DNA of 64,000 nucleotides from NCBI RefSeq assembly GCF_058153355.1, contig NZ_CM177019.1; one strand, 5' to 3'. Shown piece by piece: positions 32,915 to 47,643 of this stretch (position 1 is its first letter; each line of letters starts with the position of its first letter). The notes under the pieces were generated by a model. It saw only the letters and a program-made list of their open reading frames with translations, ran no database searches and was not told where the DNA came from. The position numbers and the translations under genes were made by a program.

Positions 32915-34063
32915 GTGTCTGACGAGAGCGACGACAAAACAGAAGCCCCCACACCCCACCGACTTGAAAAAGCGCGGGAGGAGGGGCAGATCCCGCGTTC
33001 CCGTGAACTGACCTCACTGCTGATTTTGTTGGTGGGCGTCTGTGTTATCTGGTTTGGCGGTGTGTCGCTGGCCCGTCGATTGTCGGGCATGCTCTCCGCT
33101 GGGCTGCATTTTGATCACAATATTATCAATGACCCGAATCTGATCCTCGGGCAGATTATTCTGCTGATCAGAGAAGCCATGCTGGCGCTGCTGCCACTGA
33201 TTAGCGGCGTGGTGCTGGTGGCGCTCATTTCTCCGGTCATGCTGGGAGGGCTGGTATTTAGCGGCAAATCCTTGCAGCCAAAGTTTTCCAAACTCAACCC
33301 ACTACCGGGAATTAAACGGATGTTCTCGGCACAGACTGGCGCGGAATTGCTTAAAGCGATTTTGAAAACCATCCTGGTTGGCAGCGTGACGGGGTTTTAT
33401 CTCTGGCATCACTGGCCGCAGATGATGCGCTTAATGGCTGAGTCTCCGATTACTGCCATGGGTAATGCGATGGATCTGGTTGGGCTATGCGCACTGCTGG
33501 TGGTGCTTGGTGTTATTCCGATGGTGGGATTTGACGTCTTTTTCCAAATCTTCAGCCACCTGAAAAAGCTGCGAATGTCGCGGCAGGATATTCGTGATGA
33601 GTTCAAACAAAGCGAAGGCGATCCTCATGTTAAAGGGCGGATCCGTCAGATGCAGCGAGCTGCCGCACGGCGTCGGATGATGAACGATGTGCCGAAAGCG
33701 GATGTCATTGTCAATAACCCGACCCACTATTCGGTAGCGTTGCAGTATGACGAAAACAAAATGAGCGCACCGAAAGTGGTCGCTAAAGGTGCAGGGCTGG
33801 TCGCACTGCGCATTCGTGAAATTGGCGCTGAAAATAACGTCCCGACGCTTGAAGCGCCGCCGCTGGCGCGAGCGCTGTATCGACATGCGGAGATCGGCCA
33901 ACAAATCCCAGGTCAACTGTACGCCGCAGTGGCGGAAGTGCTGGCCTGGGTCTGGCAACTGAAACGCTGGCGTCTGGCTGGTGGACAGCGCCCTGTACAA
34001 CCTACTCATCTTCCGGTGCCGGAAGCCCTGGATTTTATTAACGAGAAACCGACCCATGAGTAA
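32915..34063 (+). CDS. flhB: flagellar export apparatus protein FlhB
   Basis: 382 aa, NPTH autocleavage motif present. Confidence 0.9.
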   Translation: MSDESDDKTEAPTPHRLEKAREEGQIPRSRELTSLLILLVGVCVIWFGGVSLARRLSGMLSAGLHFDHNIINDPNLILGQIILLIREAMLALLPLISGVVLVALISPVMLGGLVFSGKSLQPKFSKLNPLPGIKRMFSAQTGAELLKAILKTILVGSVTGFYLWHHWPQMMRLMAESPITAMGNAMDLVGLCALLVVLGVIPMVGFDVFFQIFSHLKKLRMSRQDIRDEFKQSEGDPHVKGRIRQMQRAAARRRMMNDVPKADVIVNNPTHYSVALQYDENKMSAPKVVAKGAGLVALRIREIGAENNVPTLEAPPLARALYRHAEIGQQIPGQLYAAVAEVLAWVWQLKRWRLAGGQRPVQPTHLPVPEALDFINEKPTHE

Positions 34064-36134
34064 TCTGGCCGCGATGCTGCGCCTGCCCGCAAACCTGAAA
34101 TCGACACAATGGCAGATCCTTGCCGGACCGATTTTGATCCTGTTGATCTTGTCGATGATGGTGCTGCCACTGCCCGCATTCATACTCGACCTGCTGTTCA
34201 CCTTCAATATTGCCTTGTCGATCATGGTGTTGCTGGTCGCGATGTTTACCCAGCGCACGCTCGAGTTTGCTGCGTTTCCGACCATTCTGTTGTTTACCAC
34301 CCTGTTACGTCTGGCACTTAACGTGGCTTCAACCCGTATCATTTTGATGGAAGGGCATACTGGTGCGGCGGCGGCAGGGAAGGTGGTCGAAGCGTTCGGT
34401 CACTTCCTCGTTGGTGGCAATTTCGCTATCGGTATCGTGGTGTTCGTCATTCTCGTGATCATCAACTTTATGGTTATTACCAAAGGTGCCGGGCGTATCG
34501 CAGAAGTAGGCGCGCGCTTTGTTCTCGATGGTATGCCAGGAAAGCAGATGGCGATTGATGCCGACCTTAACGCCGGACTGATTGGTGAAGATGAGGCGAA
34601 AAAACGCCGCAGTGAAGTCACTCAGGAAGCCGATTTTTACGGCTCAATGGACGGAGCAAGTAAGTTTGTTCGCGGCGATGCCATCGCCGGGATCCTCATC
34701 ATGGTCATTAACGTTGTCGGCGGATTGCTGGTCGGTGTGCTGCAACATGGCATGAGCATGGGACATGCGGCGGAAAGTTATACGCTATTGACCATTGGTG
34801 ACGGTCTGGTAGCACAAATTCCGGCGCTGGTGATTTCTACCGCCGCGGGGGTTATCGTTACGCGCGTCAGCACTGATCAGGATGTTGGCGAACAGATGGT
34901 GAATCAGCTTTTCAGTAACCCGAGCGTTATGTTGTTAAGCGCCGCCGTGCTCGGTTTACTCGGCCTGGTGCCTGGAATGCCGAACCTGGTATTTTTGCTG
35001 TTCACTGCCGGATTGCTGGGGCTGGCCTGGTGGATCCGCGGACGCGAACAAAAAGCGCCTGCCGAACCAAAAGCGGTAAAAATGGCAGAGAATAATGCCG
35101 TTGTTGAAGCAACGTGGAACGATGTTCAACTGGAAGATTCTCTGGGAATGGAAGTGGGTTATCGACTGATCCCGATGGTCGATTTTCAGCAGGATGGTGA
35201 ACTACTGGGTCGTATTCGCAGTATTCGCAAGAAATTTGCTCAGGAAATGGGCTTTCTGCCGCCGGTAGTACACATTCGCGACAATATGGATCTGCAACCT
35301 GCCCGCTACCGTATTTTGATGAAAGGCGTGGAGATAGGCAGTGGTGATGCATATCCGGGGCGCTGGTTGGCAATAAACCCAGGTACCGCAGCTGGAACGT
35401 TACCTGGAGAGGCGACCGTCGATCCGGCATTTGGTCTGAATGCTATCTGGATTGAAAGTGCGCTAAAAGAACAGGCGCAGATTCAAGGGTATACCGTGGT
35501 TGAGGCCAGCACGGTGGTGGCTACGCATCTTAACCACCTCATAAGCCAGCATGCCGCAGAGCTGTTTGGTCGTCAGGAGGCGCAACAGCTGCTGGATCGT
35601 GTCGCTCAGGAGATGCCAAAGCTGACGGAAGATCTCGTTCCTGGCGTCGTCACGCTCACCACACGGCATAAAGTGCTGCAAAATCTCCTCGATGAAAAAG
35701 TCCCGATTCGCGATATGCGCACTATTCTCGAAACGCTGGCGGAACATGCGCCCATCCAAAGCGATCCACATGAATTAACCGCCGTCGTGCGCGTGGCGTT
35801 AGGACGGGCTATAACCCAGCAGTGGTTTCCTGGCAAAGATGAAGTCCATGTTATTGGCCTCGATACACCGCTGGAACGTTTGTTACTACAGGCCTTGCAG
35901 GGTGGGGGCGGACTGGAGCCTGGGCTGGCGGATCGTTTACTGGCACAAACTCAGGAAGCGCTATCCCGTCAGGAGATGCTGGGTGCGCCGCCAGTATTAT
36001 TGGTGAACCACGCGCTGCGACCATTATTGTCTCGCTTCCTGCGTCGCAGCCTGCCGCAGTTAGTGGTGCTGTCGAATCTGGAACTATCAGATAACCGACA
36101 TATCCGTATGACGGCGACGATTGGCGGCAAATAA
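34056..36134 (+). CDS. flhA: flagellar export apparatus protein FlhA
   Basis: ORF 33981..36134; start MSNLAAMLRLPANLKST..., 692 aa. Confidence 0.9.
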   Translation: MSNLAAMLRLPANLKSTQWQILAGPILILLILSMMVLPLPAFILDLLFTFNIALSIMVLLVAMFTQRTLEFAAFPTILLFTTLLRLALNVASTRIILMEGHTGAAAAGKVVEAFGHFLVGGNFAIGIVVFVILVIINFMVITKGAGRIAEVGARFVLDGMPGKQMAIDADLNAGLIGEDEAKKRRSEVTQEADFYGSMDGASKFVRGDAIAGILIMVINVVGGLLVGVLQHGMSMGHAAESYTLLTIGDGLVAQIPALVISTAAGVIVTRVSTDQDVGEQMVNQLFSNPSVMLLSAAVLGLLGLVPGMPNLVFLLFTAGLLGLAWWIRGREQKAPAEPKAVKMAENNAVVEATWNDVQLEDSLGMEVGYRLIPMVDFQQDGELLGRIRSIRKKFAQEMGFLPPVVHIRDNMDLQPARYRILMKGVEIGSGDAYPGRWLAINPGTAAGTLPGEATVDPAFGLNAIWIESALKEQAQIQGYTVVEASTVVATHLNHLISQHAAELFGRQEAQQLLDRVAQEMPKLTEDLVPGVVTLTTRHKVLQNLLDEKVPIRDMRTILETLAEHAPIQSDPHELTAVVRVALGRAITQQWFPGKDEVHVIGLDTPLERLLLQALQGGGGLEPGLADRLLAQTQEALSRQEMLGAPPVLLVNHALRPLLSRFLRRSLPQLVVLSNLELSDNRHIRMTATIGGK

Positions 36135-36526
36135 TGAGAGCCTTATTAGCAATATTATTGTTTCCGCTGCTGGCGCAAGCCGCCGGGGAGGGGATGTGGC
36201 AGGCGAGCAGTGTGGGCGTTACGTTGAATCACCGTGGTGAATCGATGTCGTCAGCGCCTCTTTCTTCGCGACAACCTGCATCAGGATTGATGACGCTGGT
36301 TGCGTGGCGTTATCAGCTTATCGGCCCAACTCCCGTAGGGCTGCGGGTTCGCTTGTGTTCACAATCTCGTTGTGTCGAATTAGAGGGGCAGAGCGGAACC
36401 ACCGTGGCCTTTTCCGGTATACCGGTGGCATAACCGTTGCGATTTATCTGGGAAGTGCCTGGCGGCGGGCGGTTAATTCCGCCGCTAAAAGTACAACGTA
36501 ATGAAGTGATTGTGAATTATCGCTGA
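36134..36526 (+). pseudogene. flhE: flagellar protein FlhE interrupted by an in-frame TAA at 36431..36433
   Basis: ORF 36134..36433 (99 aa) continues in the same frame after TAA for 30 more codons to TGA at 36524..36526; total 130 codons. Confidence 0.75.
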
Positions 36527-36584
36527 AGGACAAATAAAAATTACGCGCTCGCGGCATGTTTAATAACTCAGTGAAAAAGGCTCG

Positions 36585-36630
36585 ATGTTTTGTTGCAATT
36601 ATTTATCAGGAATAGCTTGCAACAAAACAT
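36585..36630. terminator. 14-bp perfect inverted repeat between convergent flhE and yecT (probable bidirectional terminator)
   Basis: ATGTTTTGTTGCAA ...18 nt... TTGCAACAAAACAT. Confidence 0.5.
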
Positions 36631-36646
36631 GCCAAAAATATGTGAA

Positions 36647-37156
36647 TTATCCTCTTGTCAAAGGGCTTGGATAAAAATCTTCAGAGTTACGGTATAACTG
36701 CAACTGGCGAGTTCGCGTATTGGTCTGTATGATCATACATGAGAGCCATTCTGATTCAGAATAAGGGGCACTTAAATCCTGAACGTCTTCATTTGAAAGG
36801 ATTAATTCACATTCTTTGTCCCTAAAATCCAGCCAGGCTCGTTGTGATTTTTTAAGCAAGTTAAGTTGTTCGGTATCAGGTTTTTTGACACCTGTGCGTG
36901 GTACTTGTTCTATATAACGATAAGCTTCACCATAAGCTTTATTTAATTGCGCATCGACGAGATTGTATTCTTGTCGCAGGCATAATTTGATCACGTTAAT
37001 GTCAGTATCATCATCTGAATTTTTTTGCCAACAATCTTTGATGGCTGAAATGTCATGGTCATTGACTATAACCGTATCTTCTGCGTAAGCCTGGCAAGAG
37101 ATAATGCCTAATGTTAATACAAGAAATTTAAACACTGCGGTATTCCTTAAATTCAA
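36647..37156 (-). CDS. yecT: secreted/periplasmic protein YecT
   Basis: 169 aa with N-terminal signal peptide; synteny. Confidence 0.7.
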   Translation of the reverse strand: MNLRNTAVFKFLVLTLGIISCQAYAEDTVIVNDHDISAIKDCWQKNSDDDTDINVIKLCLRQEYNLVDAQLNKAYGEAYRYIEQVPRTGVKKPDTEQLNLLKKSQRAWLDFRDKECELILSNEDVQDLSAPYSESEWLSCMIIQTNTRTRQLQLYRNSEDFYPSPLTRG

Positions 37157-37311
37157 CCGTTATCGTTTCCCTGGGGCCGGATATTACGCTTCTGGCCTCT
37201 TATCCAACAGTGAGAAAACAGTGGCATGTCCATTTTCAGAATACATTTAGATGGCAATAAAAAAGCCTGATCAGGTAACCCTGATCAGGCTTCACTCTCA
37301 CGAAAAATCGA

Positions 37312-39045
37312 TTACATACGCTCTACTGTCTCAATACCCAGCGTATCCAGGCCCAGCTTCAGCGTCTTCGCCGTCAGTTGTGCCAGTTTCAGACGACTGT
37401 TACGCACTTCTTCGTTTTCTGCGCTGAGGATCGGGCAGTGCTCGTAGAAGCCAGAGAACAGACCGGCCAGATCGTACAGGTAAGCACACATCACGTGCGG
37501 CGTGCCTTCACGGGCAACCACAGTGAGGGTTTCTTCAAACTGCAGCAGGCGAGCTGCCAGTTGTGCCTCACGATCTTCACGGATGATTACCGGAGCTGCA
37601 GCCAGTTGCTCTTCGTCAATTTCTGCTTTACGGAACACGGACAATACACGCGTGTAAGCATACTGCATGTATGGCGCGGTATTACCCTCAAACGCCAGCA
37701 TGTTGTCCCAGTCGAAGATGTAGTCAGTGGTACGGTTTTTGGAGAGATCTGCGTATTTAACCGCACCAATACCAACCGCATTAGCCAGTTTTTCCAGCTC
37801 ATCGGCTGGCATATCCGGGTTCTTCTCTGCCACCAGACGGCGTGCGCGTTCCAGGGCTTCATCCAGCAAATCGGCCAGTTTCACCGTACCGCCAGCACGC
37901 GTTTTGAACGGTTTGCCGTCTTTGCCCAGCATCATGCCGAACATATGATGTTCCAGCGGTACGGATTCCGGCACATAGCCTGCTTTACGGACGATCGCCC
38001 ACGCCTGCATCAGGTGTTGATGCTGGCGGGAGTCGATGTAATACAGCACGCGATCGGCATGCAATGTTTCATAACGATATTTCGCACAGGCGATATCAGT
38101 GGTGGTGTAGAGATAGCCGCCATCTTTCTTCTGAATGATCACGCCCATCGGTTCGCCTTCCTTGTTTTTGAACTCATCAAGGAATACGACGGTTGCGCCT
38201 TCGCTTTCTACAGCCAGACCTTTGGCTTTGAGATCAGCCACGATACCCGGCAGCATCGGGTTGTACAGGCTTTCGCCCATCACGTCATCACGGGTCAGCG
38301 TCACGTTCAGACGATCGTAGGTGATCTGGTTCTGCGTCATGGTGATGTCGACCAGTTTGCGCCACATCTCACGGAAGTATTCGTCACCGCTTTGCAGTTT
38401 TACCACGTAGTTACGTGCACGCTCAGCGAACGCTTCATCTTCATCGTAATGCTTTTTCGCATCGCGGTAGAAACCTTCAAGATCAGCCAGCTCCATTTCA
38501 CCGGCATTTTCCTGCTGCTGCTTTTCCAGCCATGCAATCAGCATACCGAACTGAGTGCCCCAGTCGCCGACGTGGTTTGCGCGAATCACTTTGTGACCGA
38601 GGAACTCCAGAGTACGCACTGCTGCGTCGCCAATAATGGTAGAGCGCAGGTGACCGACGTGCATCTCTTTCGCCACGTTTGGCGCAGAGTAGTCAACCAC
38701 AATGGTCTGTTTTTCTGGCGTAGCAACACCGAGACGATCGGACGCCAGCGCCTGCTGAACATGTTCAGCCAGGAATGCCGGATCAAGGAAAATGTTGATA
38801 AAGCCTGGTCCGGCGATCTCAACCTTGCTGGCGATACCGTTAAGATCCAGATGAGTCAGCACCTGCTCTGCTAATTGTCGCGGTGCCATACCCAGTTTTT
38901 TAGCAACTGCCATCATGCCGTTAGCCTGATAGTCGCCGAACTGAACTTTTGCTGACTGACGAACCTGCGGTTCGCAATCCGCAGGCGCGCCTGCCGCAAT
39001 CATGGCCTGACGGACTTTTTCTGAGAGAAGAGCCTGAATATTCAC
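37312..39045 (-). CDS. argS: arginine--tRNA ligase
   Basis: 577 aa, HIGH-type motif (HVGH) and class I signature. Confidence 0.92.
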   Translation of the reverse strand: MNIQALLSEKVRQAMIAAGAPADCEPQVRQSAKVQFGDYQANGMMAVAKKLGMAPRQLAEQVLTHLDLNGIASKVEIAGPGFINIFLDPAFLAEHVQQALASDRLGVATPEKQTIVVDYSAPNVAKEMHVGHLRSTIIGDAAVRTLEFLGHKVIRANHVGDWGTQFGMLIAWLEKQQQENAGEMELADLEGFYRDAKKHYDEDEAFAERARNYVVKLQSGDEYFREMWRKLVDITMTQNQITYDRLNVTLTRDDVMGESLYNPMLPGIVADLKAKGLAVESEGATVVFLDEFKNKEGEPMGVIIQKKDGGYLYTTTDIACAKYRYETLHADRVLYYIDSRQHQHLMQAWAIVRKAGYVPESVPLEHHMFGMMLGKDGKPFKTRAGGTVKLADLLDEALERARRLVAEKNPDMPADELEKLANAVGIGAVKYADLSKNRTTDYIFDWDNMLAFEGNTAPYMQYAYTRVLSVFRKAEIDEEQLAAAPVIIREDREAQLAARLLQFEETLTVVAREGTPHVMCAYLYDLAGLFSGFYEHCPILSAENEEVRNSRLKLAQLTAKTLKLGLDTLGIETVERM

Positions 39046-39260
39046 CGGAATACCTTACATTGATGAAGCGAGCAAAAATTGCCCGCACCAGTTAGAGAAA
39101 TTAGGGCGGGAGTATACTGCAAATGGCTGTTTTCGTCAGCAACGTGCGCGTGACGTATTGCCGTTTTCACCATTGCATCAGAAGTGGCGTGAAATCAGCG
39201 GTTGGTTGGCGCAGGGCAACAGGGTAAATTAACGCTTTTACTGAAAGACGAAGAGTGATT

Positions 39261-39827
39261 ATGGCGAACTGGCAATCTATCGACGAGCTGCAGGATATTG
39301 CATTGGATTTACCGCGATTTACCCACGCATTAGATGAACTTTCTCGCCGTCTTGGGTTGGATATCACTCCACTGACTGCCGATCACATTTCTTTGCGTTG
39401 CCATCAAAACGTCACCGCTGAACGCTGGCGTCGCGGGTTTGAACAGTGCGGCGAGCTTTTGTCAGAAAATATGATCAATGGCAGGCCGATTTGTCTGTTT
39501 AAATTGCATGAACCGGTACAGGTTGCGCACTGGCAGTTTTCCATTGTGGAGCTACCGTGGCCCGGGGAAAAACGTTACCCGCACGAAGGTTGGGAACATA
39601 TTGAAATCGTTCTGCCGGGCGATCCAGAAACGCTGAATGCCCGTGCGCTGGCATTGTTTTCTGATGAAGGACTCAGCCTGCCGGGGATCTCAGTTAAAAC
39701 CAGTTCGCCAAAAGGTGAGCATGAGCGATTACCGAATCCGACGCTGGCGGTCACCGATGGCAAAACGACCATTAAATTTCATCCGTGGTCCATTGAAGAG
39801 ATCGTTGCCAGCGAGCAGTCGGCGTAA
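39261..39827 (+). CDS. yecM: VOC-family protein YecM
   Basis: ORF 39255..39827; start MANWQSIDELQ... Confidence 0.8.
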   Translation: MANWQSIDELQDIALDLPRFTHALDELSRRLGLDITPLTADHISLRCHQNVTAERWRRGFEQCGELLSENMINGRPICLFKLHEPVQVAHWQFSIVELPWPGEKRYPHEGWEHIEIVLPGDPETLNARALALFSDEGLSLPGISVKTSSPKGEHERLPNPTLAVTDGKTTIKFHPWSIEEIVASEQSA

Positions 39828-39831
39828 TTAA

Positions 39832-40662
<831 letters not shown>

Positions 40663-40972
40663 TTTTATCCCCGAGAAGTATAAAAAACGAACTATTTCTG
40701 TGATCAGTTGAGCGCGTGACAGTGCGCATAGCGTTGTGCTAAAAATTTTTATATATTCATATTAATTATGTAATTTAAATTACTAAAACTGACAAATATA
40801 TATTCTAAATAACAACTGGGTTATTCCTTAGCAATTAATGATTACATTGTAATAAATCATATTCTTTATCGATTATTTCAGGCAGTGTTGTGCCGAATTA
40901 TGCAAGCGGTCAATTCGTTGTATATTTAATTATACAATGATTTCGGTGTTCTGGAATTAATTAGAGGAATCT

Positions 40973-42073
40973 ATGCGAGGGAAAAAACGCATTGGGTTAT
41001 TATTTTTGCTGATAACGGTTGTGGTTGGTGGCGGCGGGTTATTACTGGCGCAAAAAGCCTTACATAAAACGTCGGATACCGCATTTTGCCTTTCCTGCCA
41101 CTCGATGAGTAAACCTTTTGAGGAATATCAGGGAACTGTCCACTTTTCTAACCAGAAAGGGATACGTGCGGAATGTGCCGATTGCCATATTCCAAAGTCA
41201 GGGGTGGATTATTTATTTGCTAAATTAAAAGCTTCTAAAGATATTTATCATGAATTTGTTAGCGGCAAAATAGACAGTGACGATAAGTTCGAAGCGCATC
41301 GTCAGGAAATGGCCGAAACAGTATGGAAAGAATTAAAAGCAACTGATTCTGCAACGTGTCGTAGTTGCCATTCTTTTGATGCCATGGATATTGCCTCGCA
41401 AAGTGAATCTGCGCAGAAAATGCATAACAAAGCGCAAAAGGACGGCGAAACCTGTATCGATTGTCATAAAGGCATTGCCCATTTTCCACCAGAAATAAAA
41501 ATGGATGACAACGCTGCGCATGAGCTGGAAAGTCAGGCCGCTACTTCAGTTACCAATGGCGCACATATTTATCCTTTCAAAACTTCTCGCATAGGCGAGC
41601 TGGCTACCGTGAATCCTGGTACCGATCTCACCGTCGTTGATGCCAGTGGCAAACAGCCGATCGTTCTGTTGCAGGGTTATCAAATGCAGGGCAGTGAAAA
41701 CACGCTCTACCTGGCGGCAGGTCAACGGCTGGCGCTAGCCACATTAAGTGAAGAAGGTATCAAGGCGTTAACGGTAAACGGGGAATGGCAGGCTGACGAA
41801 TACGGCAATCAATGGCGTCAGGCGTCTTTACAGGGTGTGCTAACCGATCCCGCATTAGCGGACCGTAAACCGCTATGGCAATACGCTGAAAAACTTGACG
41901 ATACCTATTGTGCTGGTTGCCATGCACCTATCGCCGCTGACCATTACACCGTCAATGCATGGCCGTCCATTGCCAAAGGAATGGGTGCGCGAACCAGCAT
42001 GAGCGAAAACGAACTGGACATTTTGACGCGGTACTTCCAGTACAACGCCAAAGATATTACCGAGAAACAGTGA
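40973..42073 (+). CDS. torY: pentahaem c-type cytochrome of the TorYZ system
   Basis: 366 aa, multiple CxxCH motifs (CLSCH, CADCH, CRSCH, CIDCH, CAGCH). Confidence 0.88.
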   Translation: MRGKKRIGLLFLLITVVVGGGGLLLAQKALHKTSDTAFCLSCHSMSKPFEEYQGTVHFSNQKGIRAECADCHIPKSGVDYLFAKLKASKDIYHEFVSGKIDSDDKFEAHRQEMAETVWKELKATDSATCRSCHSFDAMDIASQSESAQKMHNKAQKDGETCIDCHKGIAHFPPEIKMDDNAAHELESQAATSVTNGAHIYPFKTSRIGELATVNPGTDLTVVDASGKQPIVLLQGYQMQGSENTLYLAAGQRLALATLSEEGIKALTVNGEWQADEYGNQWRQASLQGVLTDPALADRKPLWQYAEKLDDTYCAGCHAPIAADHYTVNAWPSIAKGMGARTSMSENELDILTRYFQYNAKDITEKQ

Positions 42074-42097
42074 TCCTCGTTGATCAGGGAGGAAGTT

Positions 42098-44527
42098 ATG
42101 ACATTAACAAGACGTGAATTTATTAAACACAGCGGTATTGCCGCTGGGGCGCTGGTGGTGACATCGGCTGCACCGCTACCCGCATGGGCAGAAGAGAAGG
42201 GGGGCAAAATCCTCACCGCAGGCCGTTGGGGAGCGATGAACGTAGAAGTGAAGGATGGCAGGATTGTTTCTTCGACAGGCGCGCTGGCGAAAACCATACC
42301 AAACTCCTTACAGTCTACAGCGGTGGATCAGGTACACACCACGGCGCGTATTCAGCATCCGATGGTGAGAAAAAGCTTTCTTGATAATCCACTGCAACCG
42401 GCGAAAGGTCGTGGCGAAGATACTTATGTACAGGTGAGCTGGGAACAAGCATTAAAACTTATTCATGAGCAACACGATCGCATTCGCAAAGCTAACGGAC
42501 CATCGGCCATTTTTGCCGGATCTTACGGCTGGCGCTCTTCTGGCGTGTTACATAAAGCGCAAACCTTACTGCAACGTTATATGAATCTTGCGGGCGGTTA
42601 TTCAGGGCATAGCGGCGATTATTCAACCGGGGCGGCACAGGTAATCATGCCGCACGTGGTGGGTTCCGTGGAGGTGTATGAACAGCAGACCTCCTGGCCA
42701 CTGATTCTGGAAAACAGTCAGGTGGTGGTGTTGTGGGGGATGAACCCGCTGAATACCTTAAAAATTGCCTGGAGCAGTACCGATGAGCAAGGGCTGGAAT
42801 ACTTCCATCAGCTGAAAAAATCTGGCAAACCAGTGATTGCCATTGATCCTATCCGCTCCGAAACCATCGAATTCTTTGGCGATAATGCCACCTGGATCGC
42901 GCCGAATATGGGCACCGACGTGGCGCTGATGTTGGGGATTGCACATACCCTGATGACACTAGGCAAACACGATAAAGTGTTCCTTGAAAAATACACCACC
43001 GGGTATCCGCAGTTTGAAGAGTATCTGGCAGGTAAGAGCGATAATACGCCGAAGAGCGCGGCCTGGGCGGCGGAAATTACTGGCGTAGCGGAAGCGCAGA
43101 TAGTCAAACTCGCTGAACTGATGGCGGCAAATCGCACAATGCTGATGGCAGGCTGGGGAATTCAACGCCAGCAATATGGTGAACAGAAACACTGGATGCT
43201 GGTGACGCTGGCGGCGATGTTAGGGCAGATTGGTACACCGGGCGGCGGGTTTGGTTTCTCTTATCATTACTCAAACGGTGGCAACCCGACGCGTGTTGGC
43301 GGCGTGCTGCCGGAAATGTCTGCGGCGATTGCCGGACAGGCCAGCGAGGAAGCTGATGATGGCGGAATGACGGCGATTCCTGTCGCCCGTATTGTTGATG
43401 CGCTGGAAAATCCTGGCGGCAAATATCAGCATAACGGTAAAGAACAAACGTATCCGAATATCAAAATGATCTGGTGGGCGGGTGGCGGTAACTTTACCCA
43501 TCACCAGGATACCAATCGTCTGATTAAAGCATGGCAGAAACCGGAGATGATCGTCGTTTCTGAATGCTACTGGACCGCAGCTGCTAAACATGCAGATATC
43601 GTATTACCGATCACCACATCGTTTGAGCGCAATGACTTGACGATGACCGGTGATTACAGCAACCAGCATATTGTGCCGATGAAGCAGGCAGTCGCTGCGC
43701 AATTTGAAGCGCGCAACGATTTTGACGTGTTTGCCGATCTTGCGGAATTACTCAAACCTGGCGGAAAAGAGATCTATACCGAAGGTAGAGATGAAATGGC
43801 GTGGCTGAAATTTTTCTATGATGCCGCTCAGAAAGGTGCGCGTGCGCAACGCGTGACTATGCCGATGTTTAATGCTTTCTGGCAGCAAAATAAACTGATC
43901 GAAATGCGCCGCAGCGAGAAGAACGAACAGTACGTTCGTTATGGTGATTTCCGCGCCGATCCGGTGAAAAATGCGCTGGGTACGCCAAGCGGCAAAATTG
44001 AGATTTACTCCAAAACGCTGGAAAAATTTGGCTATAAGGATTGCCCGGCACACCCAACCTGGCTTGCGCCTGATGAGTGGAAAGGTTCCGCTGACGAGAA
44101 GCAGTTGCAGCTTCTGACCGCACATCCGGCACACCGTTTACACAGTCAGCTTAACTATGCGGAACTGCGTAAAAAATATGCGGTTGCCGATCGTGAACCG
44201 ATCACTATTCACACCGAAGATGCTGCTCGCTTTGGTATTGCGAATGGCGATCTGGTGCGTGTCTGGAACAAACGTGGTCAGATTCTGACAGGCGCGGTGG
44301 TGACTGACGGGATCAAAAAAGGCGTGGTATGCGTGCATGAAGGTGCATGGCCAGATCTGGAAAATGGCTTGTGTAAAAACGGCAGTGCGAACGTGTTAAC
44401 GGCGGATATCCCCAGCTCTCAGCTGGCAAATGCCTGTGCCGGTAACTCTGCGCTGGTGTATATCGAAAAATATACGGGCAATGCACCGAAGTTAACGGCG
44501 TTTGATCAGCCAGCTGTTCAGGCATAA
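42098..44527 (+). CDS. torZ: TMAO reductase 2 catalytic subunit (molybdoenzyme)
   Basis: ORF 42080..44527; start [21 protein letters not shown] (Tat signal), 809 aa. Confidence 0.9.
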   Translation: MTLTRREFIKHSGIAAGALVVTSAAPLPAWAEEKGGKILTAGRWGAMNVEVKDGRIVSSTGALAKTIPNSLQSTAVDQVHTTARIQHPMVRKSFLDNPLQPAKGRGEDTYVQVSWEQALKLIHEQHDRIRKANGPSAIFAGSYGWRSSGVLHKAQTLLQRYMNLAGGYSGHSGDYSTGAAQVIMPHVVGSVEVYEQQTSWPLILENSQVVVLWGMNPLNTLKIAWSSTDEQGLEYFHQLKKSGKPVIAIDPIRSETIEFFGDNATWIAPNMGTDVALMLGIAHTLMTLGKHDKVFLEKYTTGYPQFEEYLAGKSDNTPKSAAWAAEITGVAEAQIVKLAELMAANRTMLMAGWGIQRQQYGEQKHWMLVTLAAMLGQIGTPGGGFGFSYHYSNGGNPTRVGGVLPEMSAAIAGQASEEADDGGMTAIPVARIVDALENPGGKYQHNGKEQTYPNIKMIWWAGGGNFTHHQDTNRLIKAWQKPEMIVVSECYWTAAAKHADIVLPITTSFERNDLTMTGDYSNQHIVPMKQAVAAQFEARNDFDVFADLAELLKPGGKEIYTEGRDEMAWLKFFYDAAQKGARAQRVTMPMFNAFWQQNKLIEMRRSEKNEQYVRYGDFRADPVKNALGTPSGKIEIYSKTLEKFGYKDCPAHPTWLAPDEWKGSADEKQLQLLTAHPAHRLHSQLNYAELRKKYAVADREPITIHTEDAARFGIANGDLVRVWNKRGQILTGAVVTDGIKKGVVCVHEGAWPDLENGLCKNGSANVLTADIPSSQLANACAGNSALVYIEKYTGNAPKLTAFDQPAVQA

Positions 44528-44577
44528 GACGTGAAAAGCGCCCGGAAACGGGCGCTGAGGTTATGCAAACGTAAAAC

Positions 44578-44675
44578 TGCCTGATGCGCTATGCTTATCA
44601 GACCTACATAGACCCTGCAACATATTGAATTAAAAAGGCTTTGTAGGCCGGACAAGGCGTTCACGCCGCATCCGG
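44578..44675. repeat. REP-like palindromic units between torZ and cmoB
   Basis: GCCTGATGCGCTATGCTTATCAGACC and AGGCCGGACAAGGCGTTCACGCCGCATCCGGCA. Confidence 0.5.
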
Positions 44676-44691
44676 CAGTAATACCAGACCT

Positions 44692-46839
<2,148 letters not shown>

Positions 46840-46891
46840 ACAAACTCCCTTTAAAATGGCCGATGGCACCTGTCTATGATAGGTGGCAAAT

Positions 46892-47617
46892 TCAGAAAAG
46901 AGAAGATTGCTGTGGAATAGCCGGAACTGCTCCGATCTCTGGAAGTGTTTTACGTAAGCCTTCCCAGAGGGTATGTACCAGTTCCGGTGCCTGGGCAATA
47001 TCTGGCGTATGTAAAAAAAGATAAGGCGTAGTGGTCTGATGCCACTGCGCTAATTTTTGTAACCAAACCTGAAACAACTCTCGGTTTTGCGTCATATCAT
47101 CACTACCGATAAAACGGATCAGCGGATTTGTCGCCGTCAGCACAGCATGTACGGGAACTTTAGGTTTTTTCCGTTGAGCGTCGCGAATAGCTTCACTGTT
47201 TGGGCGTGCTGCATGAACCGGGCGGCTGTCTAAAATCACCCGATTAACGCTGCGCTGATGTAAACCGCGATTAAGTGTTTGTTCCTCTTCCCCTTTGGCG
47301 AAAAACTGTGGATGGCGGACTTCCACACCATAATTAAACTCGCCGGGAAGAGAGTCGAGAAAATGCCAAAGCGCAGGCAGATCCCGTGGGCCAAATGTGG
47401 CAGGCAGTTGCAGCCAGTATTGCCCAATGCGCGGAGCCAGCGGTGACAAGCGAGTCAAAAATTCAGTTACTAAATCATCGCAATGCCGTAATGCTGCCTG
47501 ATGCGAAATGGTCGCCGGAAACTTAAAACAGAAGCGAAAATTATCTGTGGTCTGCTCACGCCAGCGCAGGACAACCTCGGGTTTCGGCAGAGCGTATAGC
47601 GTGGTGTTGCCCTCCAC
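46892..47617 (-). pseudogene. yecE: yecE (DUF72) lacking its 5' end; about 30 N-terminal codons displaced by the prophage insertion
   Basis: 241-aa ORF begins at a GTG immediately next to the integrase stop; the full-length length (~272 aa) is from memory. Confidence 0.65.
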
Positions 47618-47643
47618 ACAGTTAACATGACGGGTATTAAAAG

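Noticed and set aside
33485-34342. 285-aa minus-strand ORF
   Set aside because: Antisense to flhB/flhA; shadow ORF.
37378-38874. 498-aa plus-strand ORF
   Set aside because: Entirely antisense to argS, which is unambiguous; no RBS and no recognisable features.
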